Shown here: positions 17,824 through 26,230 of the stretch, piece by piece
Layout: each line of letters opens with the position of its first letter
How positions within the stretch are numbered: position 1 is the first letter of the stretch
DNA from: Parcubacteria group bacterium
GTDB taxonomy: Bacteria > Patescibacteriota > Patescibacteriia > Patescibacteriales > GWC2-42-12
Reading direction: 5' to 3'
Length of the DNA stretch: 64,000 nucleotides
Assembly: GCA_016188785.1 (NCBI GenBank)
Contig: JACPHD010000020.1
Coordinates: 3,306-67,305 of the forward strand
Notes under the pieces: generated by a model
Told to the model about the DNA's origin: nothing
The model's input: only the letters and a program-made list of their open reading frames with translations
Databases searched by the model: none
Translations under genes and position numbers: made by a program

Positions 17824-18762
17824 ATGACGGAAGAAAAAGAGATTAATAATTTTGGTTGTAAGTACGCTATTAGCGGCGCCAGCGCGTTTATTTTTAATGA
17901 GCAAGGCAAATTATTTTTAACCAGATCGCCGAAATGGAATAATTTATGGGTGGTCCATGGCGGCAAAGTTGAATTTGGCGAGAGTTTAGAGGAGGCTTTA
18001 AAAAGGGAAATTAAAGAAGAAACCAATTTATCTATAAGAGATATCAGATATTTTATAACAGTAGAATTAAATAGAACCGAAGCGAGGCCTGATCTGCATA
18101 TGGTGGTGAATGAATATATCGCGCTAACCAGCGATAGCGAGGTAAAATTAAATAATGAACATAGCGAATTTGATTGGCGTACGCCTGAAGACTGGCTTAA
18201 AGAAAAAGATTTATATCCTAATGTCAGAGAGGCAATTGAATATTATTTAAATGAATTTTTACCTAAACAAGACTGTGAAAATTTATATAAGCGCGCTTTA
18301 GCCGATTATCAAAATTTATTAAAACAAACGGCTAAAGAAAAAATGCAATTCGCGGCTTACGCCAATGAGCAGATGTTAAGAGAAATTTTGCCGGTGTATG
18401 ATCATTTAAAATTAGCCATGGAGCATCATACCGCGTCCGCAACGCCTTGCCACGCCTGCCTTGCAAGCAAGGCATTGCGGGCAGGCTTGCGAGACGGGCG
18501 GGACGGCGAGTCAGCCGACGACTGGCTTAAAGGCGTAGAGTATGTGGTTAAGCAATTTAAAGATGTTTTGGAAAAAAGCGGCATTGAAGAGATAAAAATT
18601 GAAGATAAAAAATTTGACCATAATTTAATGGAGGCGTTAAATAGCGAAGAAACCGATGACCAAAATCTTGACGGCCAAGTGGCCAGACAGATTAAAGCCG
18701 GCTATAAGCTGAACGGGAAAATTATTGAGCCGGTTAAGGTGGTGGTATATAAGTTGAAATAA
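17824..18762 (+). CDS. grpE: NUDIX hydrolase domain fused to nucleotide exchange factor GrpE
   Basis: 312-aa continuous ORF. The N-terminal half carries a NUDIX box, GGKVEFGESLEEALKREIKEETNL. The C-terminal half is GrpE-like (LREILPVYDHLKLA...GYKLNGKIIEPVKVVV). A GC-rich palindrome is inserted in-frame at ~18431-18510. Confidence 0.8.
   Translation: MTEEKEINNFGCKYAISGASAFIFNEQGKLFLTRSPKWNNLWVVHGGKVEFGESLEEALKREIKEETNLSIRDIRYFITVELNRTEARPDLHMVVNEYIALTSDSEVKLNNEHSEFDWRTPEDWLKEKDLYPNVREAIEYYLNEFLPKQDCENLYKRALADYQNLLKQTAKEKMQFAAYANEQMLREILPVYDHLKLAMEHHTASATPCHACLASKALRAGLRDGRDGESADDWLKGVEYVVKQFKDVLEKSGIEEIKIEDKKFDHNLMEALNSEETDDQNLDGQVARQIKAGYKLNGKIIEPVKVVVYKLK
18431..18510. repeat. GC-rich palindromic element in-frame inside grpE
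   Basis: CCGCGTCCGCAACGCCTTGCCACGCCTGCCTTGCAAGCAAGGCATTGCGGGCAGGCTTGCGAGACGGGCGGGACGGCG. GC content is far above that of the flanking gene. It is related to the CGCAAGC/GCTTGCG family. Confidence 0.7.
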
Positions 18763-18876
18763 TTTTCAATTTTCAATGATCAATTTTCAATGAATGACCA
18801 ATTATCAAATTTTCAATTGAAAATTATAATATTGGAAATTGTTTGAAAATTGGAAATTGATAATTGAAAATTGAAC
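18763..18876. repeat. AT-rich heptamer-tiled palindrome (TTTTCAA/TTGAAAA words) after grpE
   Basis: Symmetric about TTTTCAATTGAAAA. The same TTTTCAA tiling occurs in-frame inside miaB. Confidence 0.8.
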
Positions 18877-18952
18877 AAAGATTAAATAATAATTAAATTT
18901 ATTTCCGCGGTTAATTCTGGCAAACGGAATTAACGCGGTGGAGGAAAAAAAT

Positions 18953-19381
18953 ATGCCCATCATAAAATGGACGCCATTCCTTGAACCGTTTGAGGAGATG
19001 GATAAAATGTTTGAAAGTTTAATGCCGACGCGCGGCGACTATACCGGCTATATGCCGGCCGTGGATGTTTATCAGGACAAAGATAAAGTTTATGTGGAAA
19101 CGCAATTGGCCGGCATTGATCCGGATAAAGTTGACATTTCCATTGAAAATGATGTTTTAACCATTAAAGGCGAAAGCGAAAAGAAAAGCGAAGTGGAAGA
19201 TAAAAATTATTACCGCAAGGAAATCAGGCGCGGCAGTTTTTTCAGGAGCGTGCCTTTGCCGGCGCATGTTTTAGGGGGAGAGGCTAGCGCCGAAGCGGTT
19301 AACGGCATTTTAAAAATTACCGCGCCCAAAGCGCCCGAAGCCAAGCCTAAGACGATTAAAATTAAGACAAATAGGAAGTAG
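18953..19381 (+). CDS. Hsp20/alpha-crystallin small heat-shock protein
   Basis: 142 aa counted from the ATG at 18953, which is preceded by GGAGG. The alpha-crystallin domain reads PAVDVYQDKDKVYVETQLAGIDPDKVDISIENDVLTIKGE...RSVPLP. Confidence 0.9.
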   Translation: MPIIKWTPFLEPFEEMDKMFESLMPTRGDYTGYMPAVDVYQDKDKVYVETQLAGIDPDKVDISIENDVLTIKGESEKKSEVEDKNYYRKEIRRGSFFRSVPLPAHVLGGEASAEAVNGILKITAPKAPEAKPKTIKIKTNRK

Positions 19382-19406
19382 AAGTTAGAAGTAATAAAAT
19401 TCATCT

Positions 19407-19690
19407 GTCATTGCGAGGAGCCCGCATCTGCGGGAGATGAAGCAATATTTTTATTTGTCATTCCGGCCTCCGAGCCGGAATCCAGGATTCAGTGGCACAG
19501 ACATCTTATTTTATTATAACCTTAGCAAACCGAACTGCCTACGGACTTATCATGGATTCCCGCTTTCGCGGGAATGACAAAAAGAAAGTAGTCGCTCGCC
19601 ATGACAATTACCTTTTGTCATTCCCGAAGCCGCAGGCTGTCGGGAATCCATGGGTGGGCGGTAGGGATGTTTTTATTGCGAGGACGCGAG
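19407..19690. repeat. cluster of GTCATTGCG/GTCATTCC...GGAATGAC TIR-type repeats
   Basis: Contains GTCATTGCGAGGAGCCCGCATCTGCGGGA. It also holds a full unit, GTCATTCCGGCCTCCGAGCCGGAATCCAGG...ACCGAACTGCCTACGG...GGATTCCCGCTTTCGCGGGAATGAC, followed by GTCATTCCCGAAGCCGCAGGCTGTCGGGAATCCA. Confidence 0.85.
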
Positions 19691-19737
19691 TTAGTTAATA
19701 AGAAAAAAAATACAACATCAAAATAATAATTTATAGT

Positions 19738-20082
19738 ATGAAAAAGTCACTGCAAAGAATTGAAAACTTTTATTTGAGTCAAGGTTGTAAAGGATATGAA
19801 TTACGCAAAGTTTTATTGAAAGATAAAGATTATCAAAAACTTCTTAAAGAAAGAAGACAAAAATTGACTAAAAAAATTTCGTTGACAAAAACAGAAGAAA
19901 AGAAATATGCAATGTCAATAGATAAAGATTACGAGATTTTATTCAAAGTCAAACAGCTTGAAAAATTAAAGCTAAACAAAGAGGAAAAATTTTTGATTAA
20001 ATTTATACGAACCCAACTAGAACATGATTGGAGAAAATGGCTGATAGAACAACTTGACAAAATTTTACTAAAATATCAATAA
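19738..20082 (+). CDS. hypothetical Lys-rich protein (orphan flanked by repeat clusters)
   Basis: 114-aa ORF, AT-rich, with no recognisable motif. It sits between two repeat clusters inside the heat-shock locus. Confidence 0.45.
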   Translation: MKKSLQRIENFYLSQGCKGYELRKVLLKDKDYQKLLKERRQKLTKKISLTKTEEKKYAMSIDKDYEILFKVKQLEKLKLNKEEKFLIKFIRTQLEHDWRKWLIEQLDKILLKYQ

Positions 20083-20090
20083 CTTAACTT

Positions 20091-20290
20091 GTCATTGCGG
20101 CGCGCTTAAGCCTGGATTACCCCCGCAGATGCGGGGCGGGAATGACAGAAAAAAAGACCGGAATAACAAAGAAAAAATAATTAACAAATAATAATTAATT
20201 CGTTTTTGTGAAAAGTTGTGGTGATAAAGCAAGCTCTAAATAAATATTATGTTTGTGAGATTGCTTCGTCGCTTCGCTCCTCGCAATGAC
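20091..20290. repeat. cluster of GTCATTGCG/GGAATGAC and GAGATTGCTTCG...CTCGCAATGAC repeats
   Basis: GTCATTGCGGCGCG...CCCCCGCAGATGCGGGGCGGGAATGAC (20091-20146) and GTGAGATTGCTTCGTCGCTTCGCTCCTCGCAATGAC (20255-20290). Confidence 0.85.
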
Positions 20291-20301
20291 AAAGAATAAA
20301 T

Positions 20302-22230
20302 ATGTCAAAAATTTTAGGAATTGATTTGGGAACGACTAATTCGGCTATGGCGATTATTGAAGGCGGCCAGCCGAAAATTTTAGAAAACGCCGAAGGCAAT
20401 CGGACCACGCCTTCCATCGTGGCGATTTCTAAAAATGGCGAACGATTAGTCGGCTTAACCGCCAAAAGGCAAGCCGTGACTAATCCGGAAAATACGGTCT
20501 ACGCGGTTAAGCGCTTAATCGGCCGCAGTTTTGAATCTGATGAAGTCCAGCGCGATATTAAAATTTCGCCTTATAAAATAGTTAAGGCTAACGGCGGCGT
20601 GAAAATAAAAATGTCGGACAAAGAATACACGCCGCAGGAAGTTTCGGCCATGATTTTAGCTAAATTAAAAGCCGACGCCGAAGCTAAATTAGGCGAGAAA
20701 ATTACCGAAGCCATTATCACCGTGCCGGCTTATTTTGACGATTCGCAAAGACAGGCGACTAAAGACGCCGGACGCATCGCCGGGCTTGACGTTAAACGGA
20801 TTATTAACGAACCCACGGCCGCGGCTTTAGCTTATGGCTTTGAAAAAAAGAAAGGCGAGCAGATTGCGGTCTATGATTTAGGCGGCGGCACTTTTGATAT
20901 TTCCATCTTAGACGTAAGCGCCGATACGGTTGAAGTTAAGTCCACTAACGGCGATACTCATTTAGGCGGCGAAGATTTTGACCAGAGAATTATAAACTGG
21001 ATAATCGGCGAGTTTAAAAAAGACCAGGGCCTGGATTTATCTAAAGACACGCTGTCTTTGCAAAGAATAAAAGAAGCCGCGGAAAAAGCCAAAATTGAAT
21101 TGTCAACCACTATGGAAACGGAAATTAACCAGCCGTTTATAACCACTGACGCTAACGGGCCGAAGCATTTAGTCATGAAAATATCGCGGGCCAAACTTGA
21201 GGAATTAGTCGGGGATTTAGTGGAGAAAACCATCGCGCCCTGCCAGTCGGCTTTAAAAGATGCCGGTTTTACGGTTAACGATATTCAGGAAGTAATTTTA
21301 GTCGGCGGCATGACCCGTATGCCCTTAGTACAGAAAAAAGTTAAAGAGTTTTTTAATAAAGAGCCGAATTTATCAGTTAATCCGGATGAAGTTGTGGCCG
21401 TGGGCGCGGCCGTGCAGGCCGGAGTCTTAGCTGGCGACGTTAAAGATGTTTTACTTTTAGACGTTACGCCCTTAACTTTAGGCATTGAAACTTTAGGCGG
21501 CGTGGCTACGCCCTTGATTGATCGCAATACTACTATACCAACCTCAAAATCGCAAACCTTTTCCACGGCGGCCGATGGCCAGACTAGCGTGGAAATTCAT
21601 GTCTTGCAAGGCGAGCGCCCGATGGCGGCTGACAATAAAACTCTGGGCCGGTTTATTTTAGACGGCATTCCCTCGGCGCCGCGCGGCGTGCCGCAGGTTG
21701 AAGTAAGTTTTGACATAGATGCTAACGGCATTCTTAATGTTAAGGCTAAAGATAAAGCTACTAGTAAAGAGCAAAAAATTACCATTACCGCTTCTTCCGG
21801 TCTGTCTAAAGAAGAAGTGGAAAAAATGAAAAAAGAAGCCGAACTGCACGCCGAGGAAGACAAGAAAAAAAGAGAGCAGGTAGAAATAAAGAATCAGGCC
21901 GAAGCGGTTATTTTTCAGACGGAAAAATTAATTAAAGACGCGGGCGATAAAATAAAACCAGAAGATATAAAAGAACTGCAGGATAAAATTGAAGATTTAA
22001 AAAAAGTTAAAGATAGCGATCAGGCTGATGATATAAAAAAGAAATTAGAAGAATTAAATATGGCGGCGCAAAAAATCGGCGCGGCCATGTATCAGGCCGC
22101 CTCCGCTGACGCTTCGGCGAGCCAAGCAGGACAGACTGGTTCGACTGACGGTGGAGCGCAACCTGGTGATGGTAAAAGCGATGATAAAGACAAAGGTCCG
22201 ATTGAAGGGGAATTTACGGAAAAAAAGTAG
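20302..22230 (+). CDS. dnaK: molecular chaperone DnaK (Hsp70)
   Basis: 642 aa. [17 protein letters not shown] and [11 protein letters not shown] signatures. Confidence 0.98.
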   Translation: MSKILGIDLGTTNSAMAIIEGGQPKILENAEGNRTTPSIVAISKNGERLVGLTAKRQAVTNPENTVYAVKRLIGRSFESDEVQRDIKISPYKIVKANGGVKIKMSDKEYTPQEVSAMILAKLKADAEAKLGEKITEAIITVPAYFDDSQRQATKDAGRIAGLDVKRIINEPTAAALAYGFEKKKGEQIAVYDLGGGTFDISILDVSADTVEVKSTNGDTHLGGEDFDQRIINWIIGEFKKDQGLDLSKDTLSLQRIKEAAEKAKIELSTTMETEINQPFITTDANGPKHLVMKISRAKLEELVGDLVEKTIAPCQSALKDAGFTVNDIQEVILVGGMTRMPLVQKKVKEFFNKEPNLSVNPDEVVAVGAAVQAGVLAGDVKDVLLLDVTPLTLGIETLGGVATPLIDRNTTIPTSKSQTFSTAADGQTSVEIHVLQGERPMAADNKTLGRFILDGIPSAPRGVPQVEVSFDIDANGILNVKAKDKATSKEQKITITASSGLSKEEVEKMKKEAELHAEEDKKKREQVEIKNQAEAVIFQTEKLIKDAGDKIKPEDIKELQDKIEDLKKVKDSDQADDIKKKLEELNMAAQKIGAAMYQAASADASASQAGQTGSTDGGAQPGDGKSDDKDKGPIEGEFTEKK

Positions 22231-22263
22231 ATTCAATTTACAATTACAAATTAACAATTACGA

Positions 22264-22626
22264 ATGAAAGATAATATAATAAAGACAAAAAGCTATAATT
22301 TTGCCATAAGAATTGTTAATTTATATAAATATTTGACTGTAAATAAAAGAGAATATATATTATCAAAACAAATTTTAAGAAGCGGTACTTCAATCGGCGC
22401 TAATGTGGAAGAGGCGATAGGCGGACAATCAGAAAAAGATTTTGTTTCAAAATTATCAATGGCGTATAAAGAAGCTAGGGAAACCAGATATTGGATAAAT
22501 CTATTAGTTGATACTTATATTTTAGAAAAAAATTTGTCTCTTTCTCTTTTAAATGATTGTGAAGAAATATGCAAAATAATTGGCAGAATACAAAAAACTA
22601 CTAAAGATAAAATTCGTAATTCGTAA
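22264..22626 (+). CDS. four-helix-bundle protein (23S rRNA intervening-sequence protein / Avd-like family)
   Basis: 120 aa. SKQILRSGTSIGANVEEA...DFVSKLSMAYKEARETRYWINLL is the family signature. The gene is flanked by inverted heptamer-tiled repeats at 22231-22263 and 22610-22652. Confidence 0.9.
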   Translation: MKDNIIKTKSYNFAIRIVNLYKYLTVNKREYILSKQILRSGTSIGANVEEAIGGQSEKDFVSKLSMAYKEARETRYWINLLVDTYILEKNLSLSLLNDCEEICKIIGRIQKTTKDKIRNS

Positions 22627-22652
22627 TTCGTAATTGATAATTGTTAATTGAC

Positions 22653-23759
22653 ATGTCTAAAGACTATTACAATATACTCGGCGTGGACAAGAACGCTTCA
22701 CCGGACGAAATTAAAAAAGCTTTTCGTAAGCTGGCGCATGAGCATCATCCGGATAAAAAGAGCGGCGATGAAGCTAAATTCAAGGAGCTTAATCAAGCTT
22801 ATCAGATTTTAAGCGATCCTAAAAAACGAGCCCAATACGATCAATTCGGCTCGGATTTCGGAGAAGCTCGAGCCGGTGGTGGCCAGGGTTTTTCCGGTTT
22901 TAGTGATTTTACCGGCGGGTTTAACATCAATATGGATGATCTGGGCGATATTTTCGGCGGGCTGGGCGATGTCTTTAATTTTTCCGGTCAGGGCGGTTCT
23001 CGCGGCCGGCGGTCCAGGCGCGGCAATGATATTCAGGCGCTTTTGGCCATTGATTTTAATGAAGCGGTTTTTGGCGCGGAAAAGGAAATCAGTTTAAAAA
23101 AAACCGTGAAATGCTCCAGGTGCCAGGGCGAAGGGCGAGAACCGGGCACAGAGGTTATTACTTGTAAAACCTGCGGCGGCCAAGGGCGCGTCACTAGAGT
23201 TCAGCGGACAATTTTAGGCAATATGCAAGTGCAAATGACCTGCGAGGCTTGCCATGGCGAGGGTAAAATATTTAAAGAAAAATGTTCAGCTTGCCGCGGC
23301 GCCGGCTTGGCCCAGCAAATCGTTAATTTAAAAATTAAAATTCCGGCCGGCATTGATAATAATGAAACCATAAGATTATCCGGCCAGGGCGAAGCCGCGC
23401 CCAAAGGCGCTTCGGCCGGCGATCTGTATTTAAAAATAAGAGTTAATGCTGACCGCCGTTTTGAGCGCGACGGCGTTAATATAAAATCTTGGGCGGAAAT
23501 CAGCTTTTCCCAGGCCGCTTTAGGCGATAAAATTGAAGTAGTGACGGTTGACGGGCCGGTTGATTTAAAAATTCCCGAAGGCACGCAGTCGGGCAAAATT
23601 TTTATTTTGCGCGGCAAGGGCGTGCCTTATTTAAACGGCCGCGGCGCTTTCGGCAGGACTCAAGCTAAGCGCGGCGATCATTTGGTTGAGGTGATTGTTA
23701 AAACGCCGGCCGGATTGTCAAAGAAGCAGAAAGAATTATTGAAAGAGTCTGGCCTATGA
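22653..23759 (+). CDS. dnaJ: molecular chaperone DnaJ
   Basis: Start moved to the ATG at 22653 (MSKDYYNILGV). J-domain HPD motif, a G/F region, and four CxxCxGxG zinc-finger repeats. Confidence 0.95.
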   Translation: MSKDYYNILGVDKNASPDEIKKAFRKLAHEHHPDKKSGDEAKFKELNQAYQILSDPKKRAQYDQFGSDFGEARAGGGQGFSGFSDFTGGFNINMDDLGDIFGGLGDVFNFSGQGGSRGRRSRRGNDIQALLAIDFNEAVFGAEKEISLKKTVKCSRCQGEGREPGTEVITCKTCGGQGRVTRVQRTILGNMQVQMTCEACHGEGKIFKEKCSACRGAGLAQQIVNLKIKIPAGIDNNETIRLSGQGEAAPKGASAGDLYLKIRVNADRRFERDGVNIKSWAEISFSQAALGDKIEVVTVDGPVDLKIPEGTQSGKIFILRGKGVPYLNGRGAFGRTQAKRGDHLVEVIVKTPAGLSKKQKELLKESGL

Positions 23760-25195
23760 AAACTTACCATATAATCACCATCGGCTGCCAGATGAATAAG
23801 TCTGACAGCGAAAGACTGGCCGGCCGGCTGGAACAAAATGGCTATAAAAAGACTGATAATAAGTATCAAGCCGATTTAATTGTGGTTAATACTTGCGGCG
23901 TGCGCCAATCGGCCGAGGATAGAATTTACGGTTTGATTCCCGGGATTAAAAAAGCCAATCAAAAAGCCAAGATAGTTTTAACCGGCTGTCTGGCGGCTAG
24001 GCAAGATGTAAAAAATAGATTGAAAGATTATGTTGATGAGTGGCTGCCAATCAGTGAAATTTTCAATTTTCAATTTTCAATTTTCAAACAAACTCTAATT
24101 TTCAATTTTCAAGCAAATGCGAAATGCAAAAACGACTATTTAAAAATCATTCCTAAATACGAATCTGAATTTTCCGCTTTTGTGCCCATCGGCAATGGTT
24201 GTAATAATTTTTGTTCCTATTGCGTCGTGCCCTACGCGCGCGGCCGGGAAGTTTATCGGCCGGTTGAAGATATATTGGCTGAAGTAAAAGAGCTGGTTAA
24301 AAAAAATTATAAAGAAATTATTTTGATCGCGCAAAATGTCAATTCATATAAATCCCAAATTCCAAATCCCAATAACCAAACAAATTCCAAATCCCAAATT
24401 AAAAATTCAAAAAATAAAATAATAGATTTTTCAGACTTGCTTAAGATGGTCAACGGCATTCAGGGTGATTTTTGGCTTAGGTTTATGACTAGCCATCCTA
24501 AAGATATGTCGGATAAGTTGATTGAAACTATGGTTGACTGCGAAAAAGTCTGCCATCAGGTTCATTTGCCGGCGCAGGCCGGCGATGATGAGGTGCTTGC
24601 TAGCATGAATAGAAAGTATAAAATAGCCGATTATGTTGAATTGGTTGGGAAGATAAGAAGTATTTTAAATGACCAAATCCCAATAACCAATAACCAAACA
24701 AATTCTAAATTCCAAGTCCCAAATTCCAAACAAAGTTTGTGGAAACAACCAGTTTCAATTACTACTGATCTTATAGTCGGCTTTCCGACTGAAACTAAAA
24801 GGCGGTTTGCTAATACAGCCAAACTGATGCGGCAAATAAAATTTGATATGGCTTATATCGCTAAATACAGCGCGCGGCCGGAAACCGCGGCCGCGAAAAT
24901 GCAAGATAATGTGTCTACGGTTGAAAAGAAAAGGCGCGAGCAAATCTTAATGAAAATTTTAAGAAAAACAGCGCTGGAAAATAATAAAAAATATCTGGGC
25001 AAAATTATGAAGGTGCTGGTGGAAGGGGAAAGTAAAAGCGAAGAGTGGGCAGGGCGGACGGCAACCAATAAAAATGTCAAATTTCCATCCGCCAGCTGGC
25101 GGACAAATGACAAAAATAATTTAATAGGGAAGTTTGTAAATGTTAAAATTATTAAGGCGCAAGATTTTGGCCTGGCCGGGGAGTTAATCAGTTAA
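23756..25195 (+). CDS. miaB: tRNA-i6A37 methylthiotransferase MiaB with three in-frame AT-rich repeat insertions
   Basis: 479 aa. TIGCQMNKSDSE N-terminus, radical SAM motif CNNFCSYCVVPYARG, and a TRAM-like C-terminus. Insertions at 24058-24113, 24350-24420 and 24672-24732. Confidence 0.9.
   Translation: MKTYHIITIGCQMNKSDSERLAGRLEQNGYKKTDNKYQADLIVVNTCGVRQSAEDRIYGLIPGIKKANQKAKIVLTGCLAARQDVKNRLKDYVDEWLPISEIFNFQFSIFKQTLIFNFQANAKCKNDYLKIIPKYESEFSAFVPIGNGCNNFCSYCVVPYARGREVYRPVEDILAEVKELVKKNYKEIILIAQNVNSYKSQIPNPNNQTNSKSQIKNSKNKIIDFSDLLKMVNGIQGDFWLRFMTSHPKDMSDKLIETMVDCEKVCHQVHLPAQAGDDEVLASMNRKYKIADYVELVGKIRSILNDQIPITNNQTNSKFQVPNSKQSLWKQPVSITTDLIVGFPTETKRRFANTAKLMRQIKFDMAYIAKYSARPETAAAKMQDNVSTVEKKRREQILMKILRKTALENNKKYLGKIMKVLVEGESKSEEWAGRTATNKNVKFPSASWRTNDKNNLIGKFVNVKIIKAQDFGLAGELIS
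24058..24113. repeat. heptamer tiling ATTTTCA x4+ inside miaB
   Basis: AAATTTTCAATTTTCAATTTTCAATTTTCAAAC...AATTTTCAATTTTCAAGC, translated as EIFNFQFSIFKQTLIFNFQ. Confidence 0.85.
24350..24420. repeat. AT-rich CCAAAT/AACCAAA tiling inside miaB
   Basis: AAATCCCAAATTCCAAATCCCAATAACCAAACAAATTCCAAATCCCAAATTAAAAATTC. The same word set occurs in the intergenic elements at 35472-35644 and 42859-42985. Confidence 0.8.
24672..24732. repeat. AT-rich CCAAAT/AACCAAA tiling inside miaB (second copy)
   Basis: CCAAATCCCAATAACCAATAACCAAACAAATTCTAAATTCCAAGTCCCAAATTCCAAAC. Confidence 0.8.
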
Positions 25196-25201
25196 TAATT
25201 T

Positions 25202-26176
25202 ATGCAGAATAATAAAAAAATTATTGTGATACTTGGTCCGACGGCCAGCGGCAAAACTAAGTTGGCGGTTGACTTAGCCCTGAAATTTAATGGCGAGATT
25301 GTAAGCGCCGATTCCAGGCAGGTATATAAGGGGATGGATGTTGGCACCGGTAAAGACCTTAAAGACTATCGTCTTAAATTTCCAATTTCCAATTTCCAAT
25401 TTCCAATTAAATTCAAAATTCAAAATTCAAAATTTATTGAAATTCCTTATCACTTAATTGATGTAGTAAATCCAAAGACGCAATTTGACTTAGCCAAGTA
25501 TCAGAAAATGGCTTTTTCGGCCATTGACGATATTTTAAAACGCGGTAAATTGCCAATTTTAGCCGGCGGTTCAGGGCTTTATTTACAAGCTGTGGTAGAT
25601 AATTATAAATTGTCTGATATAAAAAGTGATTTAATTTTAAGAAAAAAACTAGAGAAGTATAATGCTCAAGAATTGTTTGAAAAATTAGAAAAGCTGGCGC
25701 CGAAGCTGGCGGCTAAACTTAATCAAAGCGATAAAAATAATAAGCGCCGGCTAGTCAGATATTTAGAAATTTTAGCGCAAGACAAAAATTTTAAAAGCCG
25801 TCGCGGTCAAAGAAAATATCAGGCCTTGCTGGTCGGCCTTAAATTCGGCAAAGATATTTTAAAGCAGAGAATTTTTAAAAGATTATTAGCAAGAGTTAAA
25901 GAGCAAAATATGCTCGGCGAAGTGGAAAATTTGCGTAACCAGGGCTTAAGCTGGAAAAGGCTGGAAGATTTCGGTCTGGAATATAAATTTATTGCCTGGT
26001 ATTTGCGGGGCAAATTGCCATACGACCAGATGATAGAAAAATTAAACGCGGCTATTTATCAGTTTGCTAAACGTCAGCTTGCCTGGTTTAAGCGCTGGGA
26101 AAAGCAGGGCGCGAACATAAATTGGCTGAAAGACAGTAAAAAAATTGAAAAGTTGGTTAGAGAATTTTTAAAATAA
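25202..26176 (+). CDS. miaA: tRNA dimethylallyltransferase MiaA with an in-frame repeat insertion
   Basis: 324 aa. GPTASGKT P-loop, SADSRQVYKGMDVGTGK, and HHLID-like YHLIDV. Heptamer insertion at 25376-25436. Confidence 0.9.
   Translation: MQNNKKIIVILGPTASGKTKLAVDLALKFNGEIVSADSRQVYKGMDVGTGKDLKDYRLKFPISNFQFPIKFKIQNSKFIEIPYHLIDVVNPKTQFDLAKYQKMAFSAIDDILKRGKLPILAGGSGLYLQAVVDNYKLSDIKSDLILRKKLEKYNAQELFEKLEKLAPKLAAKLNQSDKNNKRRLVRYLEILAQDKNFKSRRGQRKYQALLVGLKFGKDILKQRIFKRLLARVKEQNMLGEVENLRNQGLSWKRLEDFGLEYKFIAWYLRGKLPYDQMIEKLNAAIYQFAKRQLAWFKRWEKQGANINWLKDSKKIEKLVREFLK
25376..25436. repeat. heptamer tiling AATTTCC x3-4 then AAATTCA x3 inside miaA
   Basis: Read directly. It translates as LKFPISNFQFPIKFKIQNSKF. 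Confidence 0.85.
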
Positions 26177-26181
26177 AAAGT

Positions 26182-26203
26182 GGGGTTGCGTGAAAGCAAC
26201 CCC
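26182..26203. terminator. bidirectional stem-loop terminator between convergent genes
   Basis: GGGGTTGC-GTGAAA-GCAACCCC, with a T-run on the minus-strand side and TTTTT 10 nt downstream on the plus strand. Confidence 0.6.
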
Positions 26204-26230
26204 GGTGATTGGTTTTTGCGCCGCCTTTAT

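Noticed and set aside
22264-22626. Diversity-generating retroelement suggested by the Avd-like four-helix-bundle gene
   Set aside because: No reverse transcriptase ORF and no template/variable repeat pair is detectable anywhere in the window.
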